A stretch of 64,000 bases of DNA. Source: the human T2T-CHM13v2.0 reference genome, Homo sapiens. The notes beneath the pieces were generated by a model. That model did not search any database. It worked only from the letters and a program-made list of their open reading frames with translations, and was not told the DNA's origin. The DNA lies in NCBI RefSeq assembly GCF_009914755.1, contig NC_060934.1. One strand, 5' to 3'. How positions within the stretch are numbered: position 1 is the first letter of the stretch; every line of letters begins with the position of its first letter. This document shows positions 1 to 13,485 of the stretch, in pieces. The translations under genes and the position numbers were made by a program.

Positions 1-262
1 TTTGTATAACCTGTGGGCTATCAAGGGTTTCTATGTTTTTAAATGGTTGAAAAGTATCAAAAGAATATTTTATAACATATGAAAATTACAAAATTCATAT
101 ACAAAGTTTTACTGGCACACAGCCACATTCATTCAGTTACACATTATCTGTGACTGCTTCTGTACTGCAAGGCAGAGTTGTATAGTTGCAACAGAGAGCA
201 TGTGAATCACAGCCTAAAATGTACTATCTGGCCCCTTAGAGAAACAGTCTGCCAACACCTTG
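1..262. mobile_element. MER58-like hAT-Charlie DNA transposon (partial)
   Basis: Contains aaagttttactggcacacagccac...tactatctggcccc...tctgccaacacct. Confidence 0.7.
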
Positions 263-708
263 CCTTGGGAAGGCCTATGTAGCTGAAGCACTATGAATGA
301 GGGGCTGGGCGGAGGATGGTGAGACTGAAGCTGGAGAGCTAAGAGGAACCTGTGTGTCATGGTGAGGATTTGGGTCCACATCCTAAGAGTAATGGGGAAG
401 CTGTTAAAGAGTTTTAACTAGGAGACTGACAATTAGATTTGCATTTTGAAAAGATCATGTTGGTTGTTATATTGGGGACCAGAGGACTAGGAGATATGAA
501 GGCTAGTATAGTAAGTAGCTCAAGCAAGATATGAATATAGCTTAAACTTTGGTGCTGGCAAAGTAAAACAAGGAGGCTAGGCAAGATTATTTCTGAGATC
601 GCTTCCAGTTCTAAAACGCTAAAAATCCACAGTGGTTCAAAGTCTAGTTTTGCAACTTTCCTGAGTGTTTCCAATTATCACAAACAATTCTCAAAACCGT
701 TTTGATAG

Positions 709-1146
709 GTGACAAAGATTCTTTGCCAGGCCAAACTTTACTGAGGTTTCTGAATCTTCTGCTAGGCCCATCTGTCCAGTTTCAGCAAAGAACTCTGCGA
801 AGTCAGTTTAGCAAGAAACCCCTATCCTTGATATCTGATCGTCCTTTACCATCCTCCATGATGTCTGATCACCCTGGACTGTTTTTAGCAAGAATCCTGT
901 TAGGTCGGTTTAGCCAAAATCCCCTTTACCCTTGATGTTTCCTCTTAGTAAGTTTCCATCCACTGATCCCACATTGCTTCTTGGCTATAAATTTCCACCT
1001 GCCCATGCTGTATTCAGAGTTGAGCCCAATCTCTCACCCACTTCAAGACCTCACTGCAGTGGCTGCTATACTTATCATGATGGTCCTGAATAAAGACTTC
1101 CTTACTCTGCTTTAATAAGTATCATTGAGTAATTTTCTCTTTAACA
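709..1146 (+). mobile_element. ERV1 solo LTR, MER31-like
   Basis: Starts tgacaaagatt...ccaaacttta; has tataa and aataaa; ends ttaaca. Confidence 0.65.
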
Positions 1147-1446
1147 TAGGAACAGCTCCCCAGTAGGTAGAATAAGTTAAAAATAAGCCAACAGAGCACT
1201 ATGCATCTAAATAGTGTCAGAATGACTACAGAGTAAATGCCTCTCCCTCCATTAAAACACTTTCTAAAATATGATTTATATTTGTTAAAGTTAGAAAGGA
1301 CTACTTTTATGATATTAAATTTACAATTAAAGAATTTACAGGTAAATAATATAATTTAAACGAACACACAACACAAATACTGCTTAGGAATATTTTCACT
1401 GCACTGTTCTTCCCGTAACTTAGTAATGACAAAACAAAGAACATAC

Positions 1447-1569
1447 CTGCTACATTCTAACAACGTAACTTTAAGACGGCCTTCAGTAAGTGCCCATTGT
1501 TGTATATGGATATGCTCTTCATCTTCTTCAAATCCTTGCAAGGTCTGGTATGGAAAAAACGGCTTAAAC
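1447..1569 (-). CDS. PDZD8: PDZD8 coding exon 2 (123 nt): (R)FKPFFPYQTLQGFEEDEEHIHIQQWALTEGRLKVTLLECS(R), end of SMP and start of the split C2 region
   Basis: Acceptor ttttgtcAG|G at 1570/1569 and donor GCAG|GTATGT at 1447/1446. Phase 2 joins exon 1 AG+G = Arg, giving a continuous NYKIRFKPFF. Confidence 0.95.
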
Positions 1570-1942
1570 CTGACAAAAGTAAAGATAAGTCTAAATGTCT
1601 GAATAATAAACACCACAGTTTAAAGCATAACAAAACTCACCTGTACAAAAACACAAAGCAAAATGAACACCTAATACTACACGTGCTCTACAAAACCAAA
1701 GCTTACCACACTCCCCCATAACTGGCAGCAAATGGTGCCTTCGCTATGGCACCCATAAGTCTTGGTTTTTTGGTATGCCCCCATTGATAAGGCAAGAGAG
1801 AACAAAGAAAAGAAAAGCCTAGAGGCAGCAAGTAGGCCATGAAGTTTAGGTGGGGCAGGAGAGAGACTGTGAACCAGATGGGAAGAGTGTTCCTACGGTA
1901 CAAGATCAAAATTCAGAATGCATGTTCCATGGAAATAATATA

Positions 1943-2285
1943 CAGTCCCCTTGGCATCCATGGGGGATTGGTTCCAGTACTTCCCAAGGATACCAAAATC
2001 CCAGGATGCTCAAGTCTCTAATATAAAATGGCCCAGTATCTGCATTATACACATTCTCCCATATGTTTTGAATCATCTCCAGATTACTTATAATACCTAA
2101 TACAATGTAAATGCTATGTAAATAGTTGTTAAGACTATATTGTTCAGAGAATAATGACAAGGAAAAAAGTCTGTACATGTTCAGTGCAGATTAAATTTTT
2201 AAAAAATATTTTCAATCCACAGTTGTTTGAATCCATGGATGTGGAACCCATGGATGTGGAGCCCACGAATACAGAGAGCTGACTA
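1943..2285 (+). mobile_element. MER2 (TcMar-Tigger) DNA transposon
   Basis: cagtcccc...gggggattggttccag...gataccaaaatcc, with terminal inverted repeat and TA flanks. Confidence 0.8.
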
Positions 2286-2858
2286 TTACAGACAGTGATT
2301 AGTACATGATAAAGATGACTGTAATAGCAACATCAATAACAATTAACACAGCAGAGGTATTCATTAGAGATGTTTACTATTTGCCAGGCAGTATGCTAAG
2401 TGCTTTTTACATGCATTATCTTATTTAATGCTCACAACCCTGAAGAGGGCAATATTATTGGCTCCTCTCTCCAGATGAAAAGAATGAAGCTTAGGAAGGT
2501 TAACAAGTTTGTTCAATTTTACAAAGTGAATGGCAAAACCAGAATTCAAGCTAGTCTAATTCCAAAGTCCAACTATATAACACCTCAGTTACCTATGAAT
2601 TATCCAGGCATTCATATGCTCATCACTAATATTGTTGTTTTTATGGAGAAGTTTGTGCTGAGTTATAAACTGTAGGTTTTAAAAAACTTTTAATTTAAAA
2701 CACAACTCATACTCCTCCATTAAAGCTAAAGAAAAAGAAAATGAAAGAAAATTGGGCTTAAAGCCCCGTGGTTTTCAATTCACCCTACACATTGTCACTA
2801 GCCATGATATCTACTTGCTCAGAAAGTTTTAGTGGCTTCTTACTGACCACACAAACAG

Positions 2859-2860
<2 letters not shown>

Positions 2861-2905
<45 letters not shown>
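2861..2905. repeat. (AC)22 microsatellite
   Basis: Perfect dinucleotide run. Confidence 0.97.
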
Positions 2906-2907
<2 letters not shown>

Positions 2908-2950
2908 CAAAAGTTCTTGGTTTCACATTTAAGGTCCACCACAATTAATG

Positions 2951-3264
2951 TTCCTTTTTTATTTTTTCTTGAGACACAGTCTTGCTCTGTTGCCCAAGCT
3001 GGAGTGCAGTGGCACGATCTTGGCTCACTGCAACCTCTGCCTCCTTGATTCAAGCTATTCTCTTGCCTCAGCCTCCCAAGTGGCTGGGATTACAGGCATG
3101 CACCACTATACCTGGATGATTTTTGTATTTTTAGCAGAGATGGGGTTTTGCCACGCTGGCCAGATCAGTCTTGAACTCCTGACCTCAAGTGATCTGCCTG
3201 CCTCGGCCTCCCACATGGCCTCCCAAAGTGCTGGGATTACAGGCCTGAGCCACCACACCCAGCC
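2951..3264 (-). mobile_element. Alu
   Basis: Alu consensus; TSD ccacaattaat. Confidence 0.95.
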
Positions 3265-4807
3265 CACAATTAATCTTTCTAATCATATATTCTCTTAATA
3301 TAAACATTCCAATCTAGAAAGTCACCTCATATGCCCAGAAGACACTATGAATATTCCTGCCTTCAGGCCTTTCATACCAACTGGAAGTTTTCCCAGATTC
3401 CTCAAAGCCTGTCCAAATCCTCCCCTCTTTCGCACTCGGCCATACATGCTGCTTTCACTCTTCTCTATCTTGCAGTCCTCTAAATTGCGTGCATTTATGC
3501 CTTAAAATGTCAAATATGACTTAGTCTCACAATTCTCTGCATCCATCATCACATACCTGACGGGATGTTTCACACACTATCAGGATTTGAGTATGTGTTG
3601 CGCTGATTTACAAAGAGTTAACACTAAAACTGAAATAAACACTTAGAAAATATCAATGGCCTACTATAGTTTATACTGAAAGACACTAATAGAGGGGGTT
3701 AAATGCTGTTTTATGTTTTCCCAGTAAGTAAGATTAAAGAAAAAAATTTTAAGGAAATGTTAAGTAGGGACACAGGCGATGCTCAGTGCTTTTCTCCTGT
3801 TTCTAAACTAGTATGGAAAGCAGAAAGCCCCCCGAGTTTCTCCCAACTAAAACGCTAATTTGCATTTGAAGTCATTTGATTCAGACAGACTGGCACCAAA
3901 TTTTTAGAGGGAAAAAAACTAGTAACTAAATTTATATCAATATAATGTTGTAGCTGGGTGCTTTTAACACACAGTCCTTATGACTCCTGAAAAACATATA
4001 ACTGTTAGTTTGTAAAAAAATTATAATAACCATATACACTAGAAACTTTGAATTTAATAATCCAAGTTAGCTAAATCACAACTGCTCTAAGAACCAGCTT
4101 TCCTTGTCAAATATAAAGTTAAAATTCAATAAAATTTCTCACAGGAGTATGAGTTGAATGTTATATGGATTAAAGTCTAATTTGGATTTACTAATGCTCA
4201 GGGGGTTTTGCTAAGAGTGTTTATGCACAAAAATAATCTAAAATCAGAACAACGTATTCCATTTTAAATGAATATACTAAACGGTGGGATAAAGCATGAA
4301 CATGTTCGGCAAGCCAATAAATAGAATCCACACATTAACATTTTCTAAGAACCTTTGGTTTTCAGAATTTTTAAGTCCAAGTCTTTAAGTATCCCAAACC
4401 CATAAAGAATCCAAACAATGAAGCGGGCTACCTCTATCACTTTCTTTTATCTTCCTATTCCATCATATCATCTTTCTTCAAAATCCATTAGTCTTTATTT
4501 CCTAATTAACCTATTAACTCAAAAATGTCAGTTTTCTCACTCAGGCTTCCCCGCAAAATAGTCTTAACAAACTACCTGTACTTCCTCCTGTAGAAAACTT
4601 AAAAACCCAAACTAGGAAGATCGACTTTAAGGATGACAGTATGAAGAGCCCTGCTGATCTGCTCCCCAGTGAAATTCGTGAAAATTATTTTAAACCAAAA
4701 CATTTACAGCCTCTGGAAATGATCTTAAGAGCAAACAGCAAATTTTAAAAATCTACTTAAGAAAATCTATGACAATTTGATAAGAAAGCCAAGTCTGTGG
4801 TGTTTGA

Positions 4808-5162
<355 letters not shown>

Positions 5163-6163
5163 ACTCCATGCTAGACTTCTATTGCCAGGAACACAGGGCT
5201 CCCTCATCCCACAGCTCTCATTTGGTGGGCTTTCTCCCTGGGAAGAGGAGGATAGGAACATTTCTCATCTAGCCTCCAGTCACCTGTTACTTCCAGGCAA
5301 GTTCAGTCAAGAGGAGGGGGATTCCTTCATTGACCCAGCCCCCACTCATGGAATGGAGGGTCTACCTTGGGCACAGAACACTGAGAATACTGGAACCCTG
5401 ACTGTCTTGCCCTGGCTCATGAGGAAGTGGTTCCATAGTGGGAAAGGCAAGCCAAGAGGACCTCTGGCTACTCTATCCCCAATCTAGCACTCAGCTCCTA
5501 GAGTTGTGGTATCACCCAGAGAGAAGCCTGCAGTAGTCTTCACCCCTAGCTCCAGAGACCTGGTTCTGATTATTTTGCTAAGGGGAAAAGAAGAGGGAGA
5601 GGCAAGTCAGAAAACAGATTCTCCCAATCTCTTCCCAAAGGAATTAATTTCATTTACAATAGTCTGTGAAGAAGCTCAAACCTAAAGGCACTATCAAGAA
5701 CAATGGAGGTTGTGGTGAAAAGCACATGTCTTCCTTCATGGATTTAAGGAAGACATATCCTAGGCTGCAGGCTGCTGTGCCCCTAGTAGAGAAACAGGAA
5801 ATAAGACAGCTGGGAGGAGCCCTCCTGGGGTGAGAGCAAATATCAAACACTTACCCAAGAAACTATTCCTGAAGGAGGCACAATTTGACTGGAATAGTTT
5901 GTAGAACAAGTTATGCCCCTGGGTGCTGTTAAAAGCAATAAGAGAGTTAACACTAGTTGGGGGGTAAGTGGGGTGGGTGTACTGTACTAAAATAATCCAG
6001 GCAGTCAACCTAAAAACAGACAAGCAAATATCAAGCTCTGGGTAAGGGGAGACCAGTATCTAAGGTTGCTACAATATATTATCTAAAGTGTCTGGTTTCC
6101 AAGAAAAAGTTATGAGACATAAAAAGAAACAGAAAAGTATGACCCAAAAGCAAAAAACAAAGA

Positions 6164-6194
<31 letters not shown>

Positions 6195-6251
6195 CACACA
6201 CTGCCTGTGAGAAGGACCAGATGTTAGATTTAACAGAAAAAGATTCAAAAT

Positions 6252-6361
6252 TTGTGGAGACCAAAGTTCTTATTTACAGAGGAAGCCTTCAGGTAGTAGG
6301 CTGTGGAGAGAATAGGCTGTAAAACGTTTCTTATCAGACTTAAAGTCTGTGTCCATGTTAA
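6252..6361 (-). mobile_element. Inverted ~110-bp MER4-LTR fragment
   Basis: Reverse complement of 7675-7787. Confidence 0.85.
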
Positions 6362-6433
6362 ATATGTCTCCATAAATATGTTCATGGAAAAAGACATGAT
6401 TAAAGAACTATAGGGGTTCAGCTATAGGGGTTC

Positions 6434-6727
6434 AGCCAGGCGCGGTGGCTCAAGCCTGTAATCCCAGCACTTTGGGAGGCTGAGGCGGGCAGATCACCTG
6501 AGGTCAGGAGTTCGAGACCAGCCTGACCAATATGATGAAATCCCGTCTCTACTAAAAATATAAAAATTAGCCGGGCGTGGTGGCATGCACCTGTAATCCC
6601 AGCTACTCAGGAGGCTGAGACAGGAGAATCGCTTGAACCTGGGAGGCGGAGGTTGCAGTGAGCCGAGATTGCACTCCAGCCTAGGCAACAAGAGCGAAAC
6701 TCCGTCCAAAAAAAAAAAAAAAAAAAC
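6434..6727 (+). mobile_element. Alu (AluS-like)
   Basis: Alu consensus, poly(A), TSD aactataggg. Confidence 0.95.
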
Positions 6728-6803
6728 TATAGGGAGGTATTATGACAATGTTACACTAAATAGAGCATACCAATAAAGAGACAGGAATTGTAAAAAAAGA
6801 AAC

Positions 6804-8119
6804 TATGAACCAAAAATAAAATTCTAAGATCCCCCCAACCACCTGATTGAATTTCCTCCTCAGCCAGGGCACTCTTAAAATTTAATCTGAAAGAATGGTT
6901 CAAGCCATGATGGCAAATGGGGGTCGGACATGCCAGAGATGCCTCATTATACCCCTCCAGCATTAATAATACAGGAGTTATTAATAAGTAATTTTTAGGC
7001 AGCAAGAAAGGGTGAAAGTTCTCGGTGGAATTTTCCTTTAATAAAAAGCAGCCCCCAAATCATTTCTTCTCTAACAGAAAGCAGCCACAGAAGTCAGGCA
7101 TAATATGCAAACTAGGAGCTTTTATATGTAAATGCCAGCAGCTGTACCTGGAAGCCAGGTACATTCAGTATGGTGTCTCCTCCCCTCTTTTCCTTGTCTC
7201 CTGCCCTCTTTTCCTTGTCACCACTTTTAGGGTTTCCTGGCAGCCTCCTGGTAAAACCACGTACAGGCATCATGGCCGCCGCCAGGTGGAGGCCTCATTT
7301 GTATAATAAAAGGCTAGGGTGGGAGGGCCAGTCTTTTTGGGGCTATGTAACTAGCACACCTGGTCAACCCAATCCCCTGAGCCCTATGTATATCAATCAC
7401 TGCCCCCTCAAGCCTCTGTACAAAACCTATGGCTTTTCACAGTAAATCAGAGACCCTCTTTTGAGCGACCCACTTTCTTAGCATGAGGAAGCTTTTTCTC
7501 TCTCTTTTCTTTTTCTATTAAACTTTCCTCTCCTAAACCCACCCCTCCTGTGTGTCCCTGTCCTGAATTCTTTCTCCACCAAGACCAAGAACCAGGGTAT
7601 ATACCCCAGACAATGGAACCGTTTCATTAACATCAACACAGATGCGGGACAGGCCTCATTATACCCCGCCAGCATTAACATGGACACAGACTTTAAGTCT
7701 GATAAGAAACGTTTTACAACCTATTCTCTCTGAAGCCTACTACCTGAAGGCTTCCTCTGTAATAAATAAGAACGCTGGTCTCCACAATTCTTTATCTTAA
7801 TTCAGACATTCCTTTCTATTGATCCCAGGTTTTAGATAAACTCAACCATCAACCAGAAAATTTTAAAATCTACCTATAAGCTGGAAGATGCCCCCTAGAG
7901 TTGTCCTGCCTTTCTGGACCAAATCAATGTATTTCTTAAATGTATTTGATTGAAGTCTCATGTCTCCCTGAAATGTATAAAACCAAGCTGTACCCCTGAT
8001 CACCTTGGGCATATGTTCAAAGGACCTCCTGAGGGCTGTGTCACAGGCCATGTCACTCATATTTGGCTCAGAATAAGTCTCTTCAAATATTTTACAGAGT
8101 TTGACTCTTTTTGTGGACA
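6804..8119 (+). mobile_element. MER4-family ERV1 LTR, split by MER50
   Basis: Starts aaccaaaaataaaattctaag; ends ...cagagtttgactctttttgtggaca. Confidence 0.8.
6967..7626 (+). mobile_element. MER50-like ERV1 solo LTR nested in MER4
   Basis: taatacaggagtta...ccgtttca, flanked by a 4-bp TSD TTAA (6963-6966, 7627-7630). Confidence 0.75.
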
Positions 8120-8324
8120 AAAAAAAATGGAAATTCTGTAGTCAAAAAGTACAATAAGTGAAATTTAAAAATTACAGAGGAACTCATAACAGTAGATATG
8201 AACTGGAATAAGAATTAGTGAAACACATAATGGGAGAACCAGAAGGAGAGAAAAGAGACAAGGGAGTAGAAAAAAATACTCCAAGAAATAAAACACACAG
8301 CCAGTACGTCCTGAAGCCACAAGG

Positions 8325-8610
8325 ATCAGATATTATATGACTCCATTCATATGAAAACCCAGAATAGAGAAATTTATAAAGACAGAAAAGTACATGAGGG
8401 GTTATTTAGGCCTGGGGGTAGGTAAGGGATTAGGAGGGTGATAGCTAAAGGTTATGGGTTTTCTTTTTGAGATGATAAAAATGTTCTAAAACTGACTGTG
8501 GTGACGGTTGCACATATATGTGAATACAGTAAAAGCCAATTAAATTGTAAGTTTTAAACAGGTGAACTGTATAGCATATGAATTATATTTCAATATAGCT
8601 GTTAAAATGA
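8325..8610 (+). mobile_element. L1M (L1MB-like) 3' end fragment
   Basis: Contains gatgataaaaatgttctaaaact...gaattatatttcaatatagctgtt. Confidence 0.7.
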
Positions 8611-8934
8611 AAACCAATAACCCTGCTACCCAGAAATAATTTTTCTTGTCACTGCTTTGATGTATAACTGTTTGGTTAGAATTGTCTGATAAAATAATAA
8701 AATCATAAAATGGCACAGCTTCGTTAAAACAAATTATAGTCCCTTTTAATGCTTATGAAAAACAAACATTTATTGAATGGCTACCAAACCAGATGCTGAC
8801 TGTATAAAGCACTTTATTTGCTCACTTAATCCTTACAACCTCCAAACTAGGCATCAGCACACTGTACATAAGGAAACAGTCTTAAGAGATCTCAGTAAGA
8901 GATCTAGTAAATGCTAGAGCCAAAACTGGAACTT

Positions 8935-9287
8935 GTGTTAATCCGTGATGGCTTCCATAACAGAACTCTGAGTGGCTCTGGAGGCTGGAAGTCGAAGATC
9001 AGGGTACAGACAGGGTTGGGTTTTGGTGAGGCCTTTCTCCTTGGCTTGGCGATGGCTGCCTTCTCACTGTGTCCTCTCACAGACTTTTCTCCATGTGCAT
9101 ATTCCTGTTCTCTCTCCCTCTTCTTATAAGGAAACCAGTTTTATCAGATTACTGCTCATCTTTATGATCTCATTTAATTAACCTGATTACCTTGGTAAAA
9201 GCCCTATCCCAAACAGAGTTACACCGAGGGTTGCAGCTTCAACATATTTTATCAATTTTTGAGGGGAGCACAATTCAGTCCATAACA
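8935..9287 (-). mobile_element. MLT1A-like MaLR LTR inserted in a MIR
   Basis: ctggaggctggaagtcgaagatcagggt...cacaattcagtccataaca. Confidence 0.75.
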
Positions 9288-9976
9288 AAACTCATATGTA
9301 ACTCCAGAGCCTGATCTACAGTCCCTTAACTGACTTGATTACCACCCTGTTTTCTGCTGGAATACAAGTTCTAAACCAAGTCTGAAGGAGCCTGACAAAG
9401 GAGGCTCATGGTTTTACATACATTACTATATTTGATCCTCACAATAACATGGTATGGCAAGAATCGCAAATCATTTTCTCATTTCACACAGTCCAGGGAG
9501 AACAAAAAGCTTGCTGAAGACTACATCCTTTTATTAAAAAGTTACATGAAGATACATGCCCACAAAATAAGGGCATAAAGCAAGACTGAAGAAAGTGATC
9601 CAAAAACAGTGGATCTAAGTCAAGAGGGCAACGATGTCCTAAACCCAGATGACTGGTGTGTGGCAAGCCAAGAGAAAACCCATTTGGGGCAGGTGATGAA
9701 AGCTCCAGGAAGGAAATCTCCAAGAAATAAGAGGAAATAAATAGGAGAGGCAGAAGGAATGAGAAGGGAAAGGAGTACTCTGAAAATCTGAGTAAGGCAA
9801 TTTGATAAGAGAAAAAAATATTGCTTTGAATGGCACCAAGGTAACGAAACTGGAATATAGAGAAGGAAACATAAATCTGCATATTAGACAGTTCTGTAAT
9901 AAACAGTACTTACATAGACATAATAATGTAAAAACACAGACCAAGGAAGACTAACTATGAACAGAACATGTTATCA

Positions 9977-10342
<366 letters not shown>

Positions 10343-10504
10343 TTAATATAACTATATCAAAAAAGGCAAAAGAGAAGGTGAGAGGATATTACTTAGTGAA
10401 ATCTTTTATCTTCTGAAGCCAATTAATAGTCACTGTCTAAAGCTTCTGACTCAAGGATAGCTATATGACACTGTTTAGTAATACAGAGGTAACACCACTA
10501 TTAT

Positions 10505-11090
<586 letters not shown>

Positions 11091-11092
11091 TA

Positions 11093-11377
11093 GGCCGGGC
11101 GCGGTGGCTCACGCCTGTAATCCCAGCACTTTGGGAGGCCGAGGCAGGCGGATCACAAAGTCAGGAGATCGAGACCATCCTGGCTAACATGGTGAAACCC
11201 CGTCTCTACTAAAAATACAAAAAAATTAGCTGGGTGTGGTGGCAGGTGCCTGGAGTCCCTGCTACTCAGGAGGCTGAGGCAGGAGAATGGCATGAACCTG
11301 GGAGGCAGAGCTTGCAGTAAGCAGAGATTGCACCACTGCACTCCAGCCTGGGTGACAAAGTGAAAAAAAAAAAAAAA
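11093..11377 (+). mobile_element. Alu (AluY-like)
   Basis: Alu consensus; TSD agaaatatata. Confidence 0.95.
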
Positions 11378-11504
11378 GAAATATATAGTTACAAATGATT
11401 GCTTCTGAACAGTCTAGCTTAGGGCAGGAAAGTAAAGGGTTTAGGGAGGCAATTGCTGATTTTCATCATAAGTTCTTCTGTTTTGATTTTTAAGTTACAT
11501 GCAT

Positions 11505-12150
11505 TAAGTAAAATGAAAGAACAAACAATGCCAAATGTTGGAGAGGATGTGAAACTGCTGGTTTCGACTATTAAAACTACTTTGAAAATTGTAGTAATAT
11601 CTACGAAGCCAGTAGAGATCCACCCTATGACTCTGCAATCCTACTCCTCGATATACCCAAGAGAAATGTGCACAAATGTTCACCAAAAGGCATATATAAG
11701 AATATTCATAACAACACTACCCATCAACAAAAATGGACAGACTGAAGTACATTCACACAGTGGAATACTCCACAGCAAATATAATGAACAAACTACATCT
11801 ATATGCAACAACATGGATTAATCTCACAAACTACTCTTGAGCTAAAGACAACAAAAATGAGTACATACAGTATGATTCAATTTATACAAAGTTCAAAATC
11901 AGGCAAAAAACAAACACAAAAAAATCTAAAAATAGTGTTAGAAGTCAGGATAGTAGTTACTTTAAGGCAGAGGAGAGGAAGGTAGTGACTAGGTAGCATA
12001 TGAGGAGCTTCTTGGTTGCTGGTAACACTCTGTTGCTTGTTTTGAATGCTGATTTCATGAGTTTGTTCACTTTGTAGACATTCATGGAGCTGAATTTTCT
12101 GATTAGTACACTTTTCAGGTGGTGAGTTATATTTTAATAAAAATTTAAAG
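11505..12150 (+). mobile_element. L1ME-like 3' fragment
   Basis: ccaaatgttggagaggatgtg...atatacccaagagaaatg...caacatggattaatctcac. Confidence 0.7.
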
Positions 12151-12159
12151 AAAAAACAT

Positions 12160-12453
<294 letters not shown>

Positions 12454-13176
12454 TAATTTTTAAATGTGCATTATTTTACTAACACTTAAAATACATATTT
12501 AAATTTATACTTACAAGAGAAGCCAAGCCTTCTTCTCCTGTGTAGATCTGACAGAACCTTTTGTAACATCTAAAATATGTCTTACTTTAAGATGTCTCTT
12601 CAAGTTTGCCCTATAAGCATGCTGAATACCAGCTGGTGACATCTCCATCACATGGCAGCAGTAAAACTGTTTGCAAACACTGTGATCTTTAGAGAGAAAG
12701 GTTTTACTACAACCCAATGTAAAAATATGCAGAGGTCTAGATCTACTGTTAACTGCAGTTGAGCGTTCATGTTCTTGCTCAAGTGATAAATCTGCTAGAG
12801 TTTTCAGATCAATACGAGAAAACTTTGTGACAATTAGAGCTAGTGAAAAAAGGACATGGCTTTCTCAGTATGTAGTAGCAAGCCTCTATCTCTAGAAATA
12901 TTTAGGCAAAGGTTAGATGAGGATTTGTCAAGGAGACAAAAAAGAACACAAAAAAGAAGACAAAGGAACACAAAACTTAGAATCATATATACATATAGAT
13001 TGTTGTCCCAACTTCATCACTGATAAAGCAGGTGATATTGGAAAAGCCTTTTATCTCCTTAAACTTCAATTTCTTGTTCAAAAAGGGAGGAGGGGAATAA
13101 TCCATGCTTTTTGTTACCTATGAGAGGGTGAAGTAAAACTAATTCATATGCCAGCATCTCTTAAACTACAAGGTAT

Positions 13177-13485
13177 TGTAACCACCTGAGGGGTTCTTCC
13201 TGCCCACAGCATAAAGACAGACCATGGTGGCATTGTCATAGAGGAAGAGTTTAATAGACACAAGGCTGGCCACACCACAGGGGAGATAAAATTTGTACTC
13301 AAATCACTTCATTCAAAGCTCGTAGGGGAAGGGTTTTTCAAAGGCAGTTTGGGGAAAGGAGTGGGGTGGCCAGCTAACAGGGGCTTGCTGCTGATTGGTT
13401 GGGGCAGAGATGAACTCATAGGGGGCTGAAGCTGTCCTCCTGTGCGCCAAATTGCTTCTGGGTGGAGCCACAGGAGTGGGGTTGT
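13177..13485 (-). mobile_element. ERV1 LTR fragment (MER49/LTR8-related)
   Basis: tgtaaccacctgaggggttcttcctgccc...gagtttaatagacacaaggctggccac. Confidence 0.6.

Noticed and set aside
1356-1616. 86-aa ORF as a stand-alone gene
   Set aside because: It is PDZD8 exon 2 read with flanking intronic sequence
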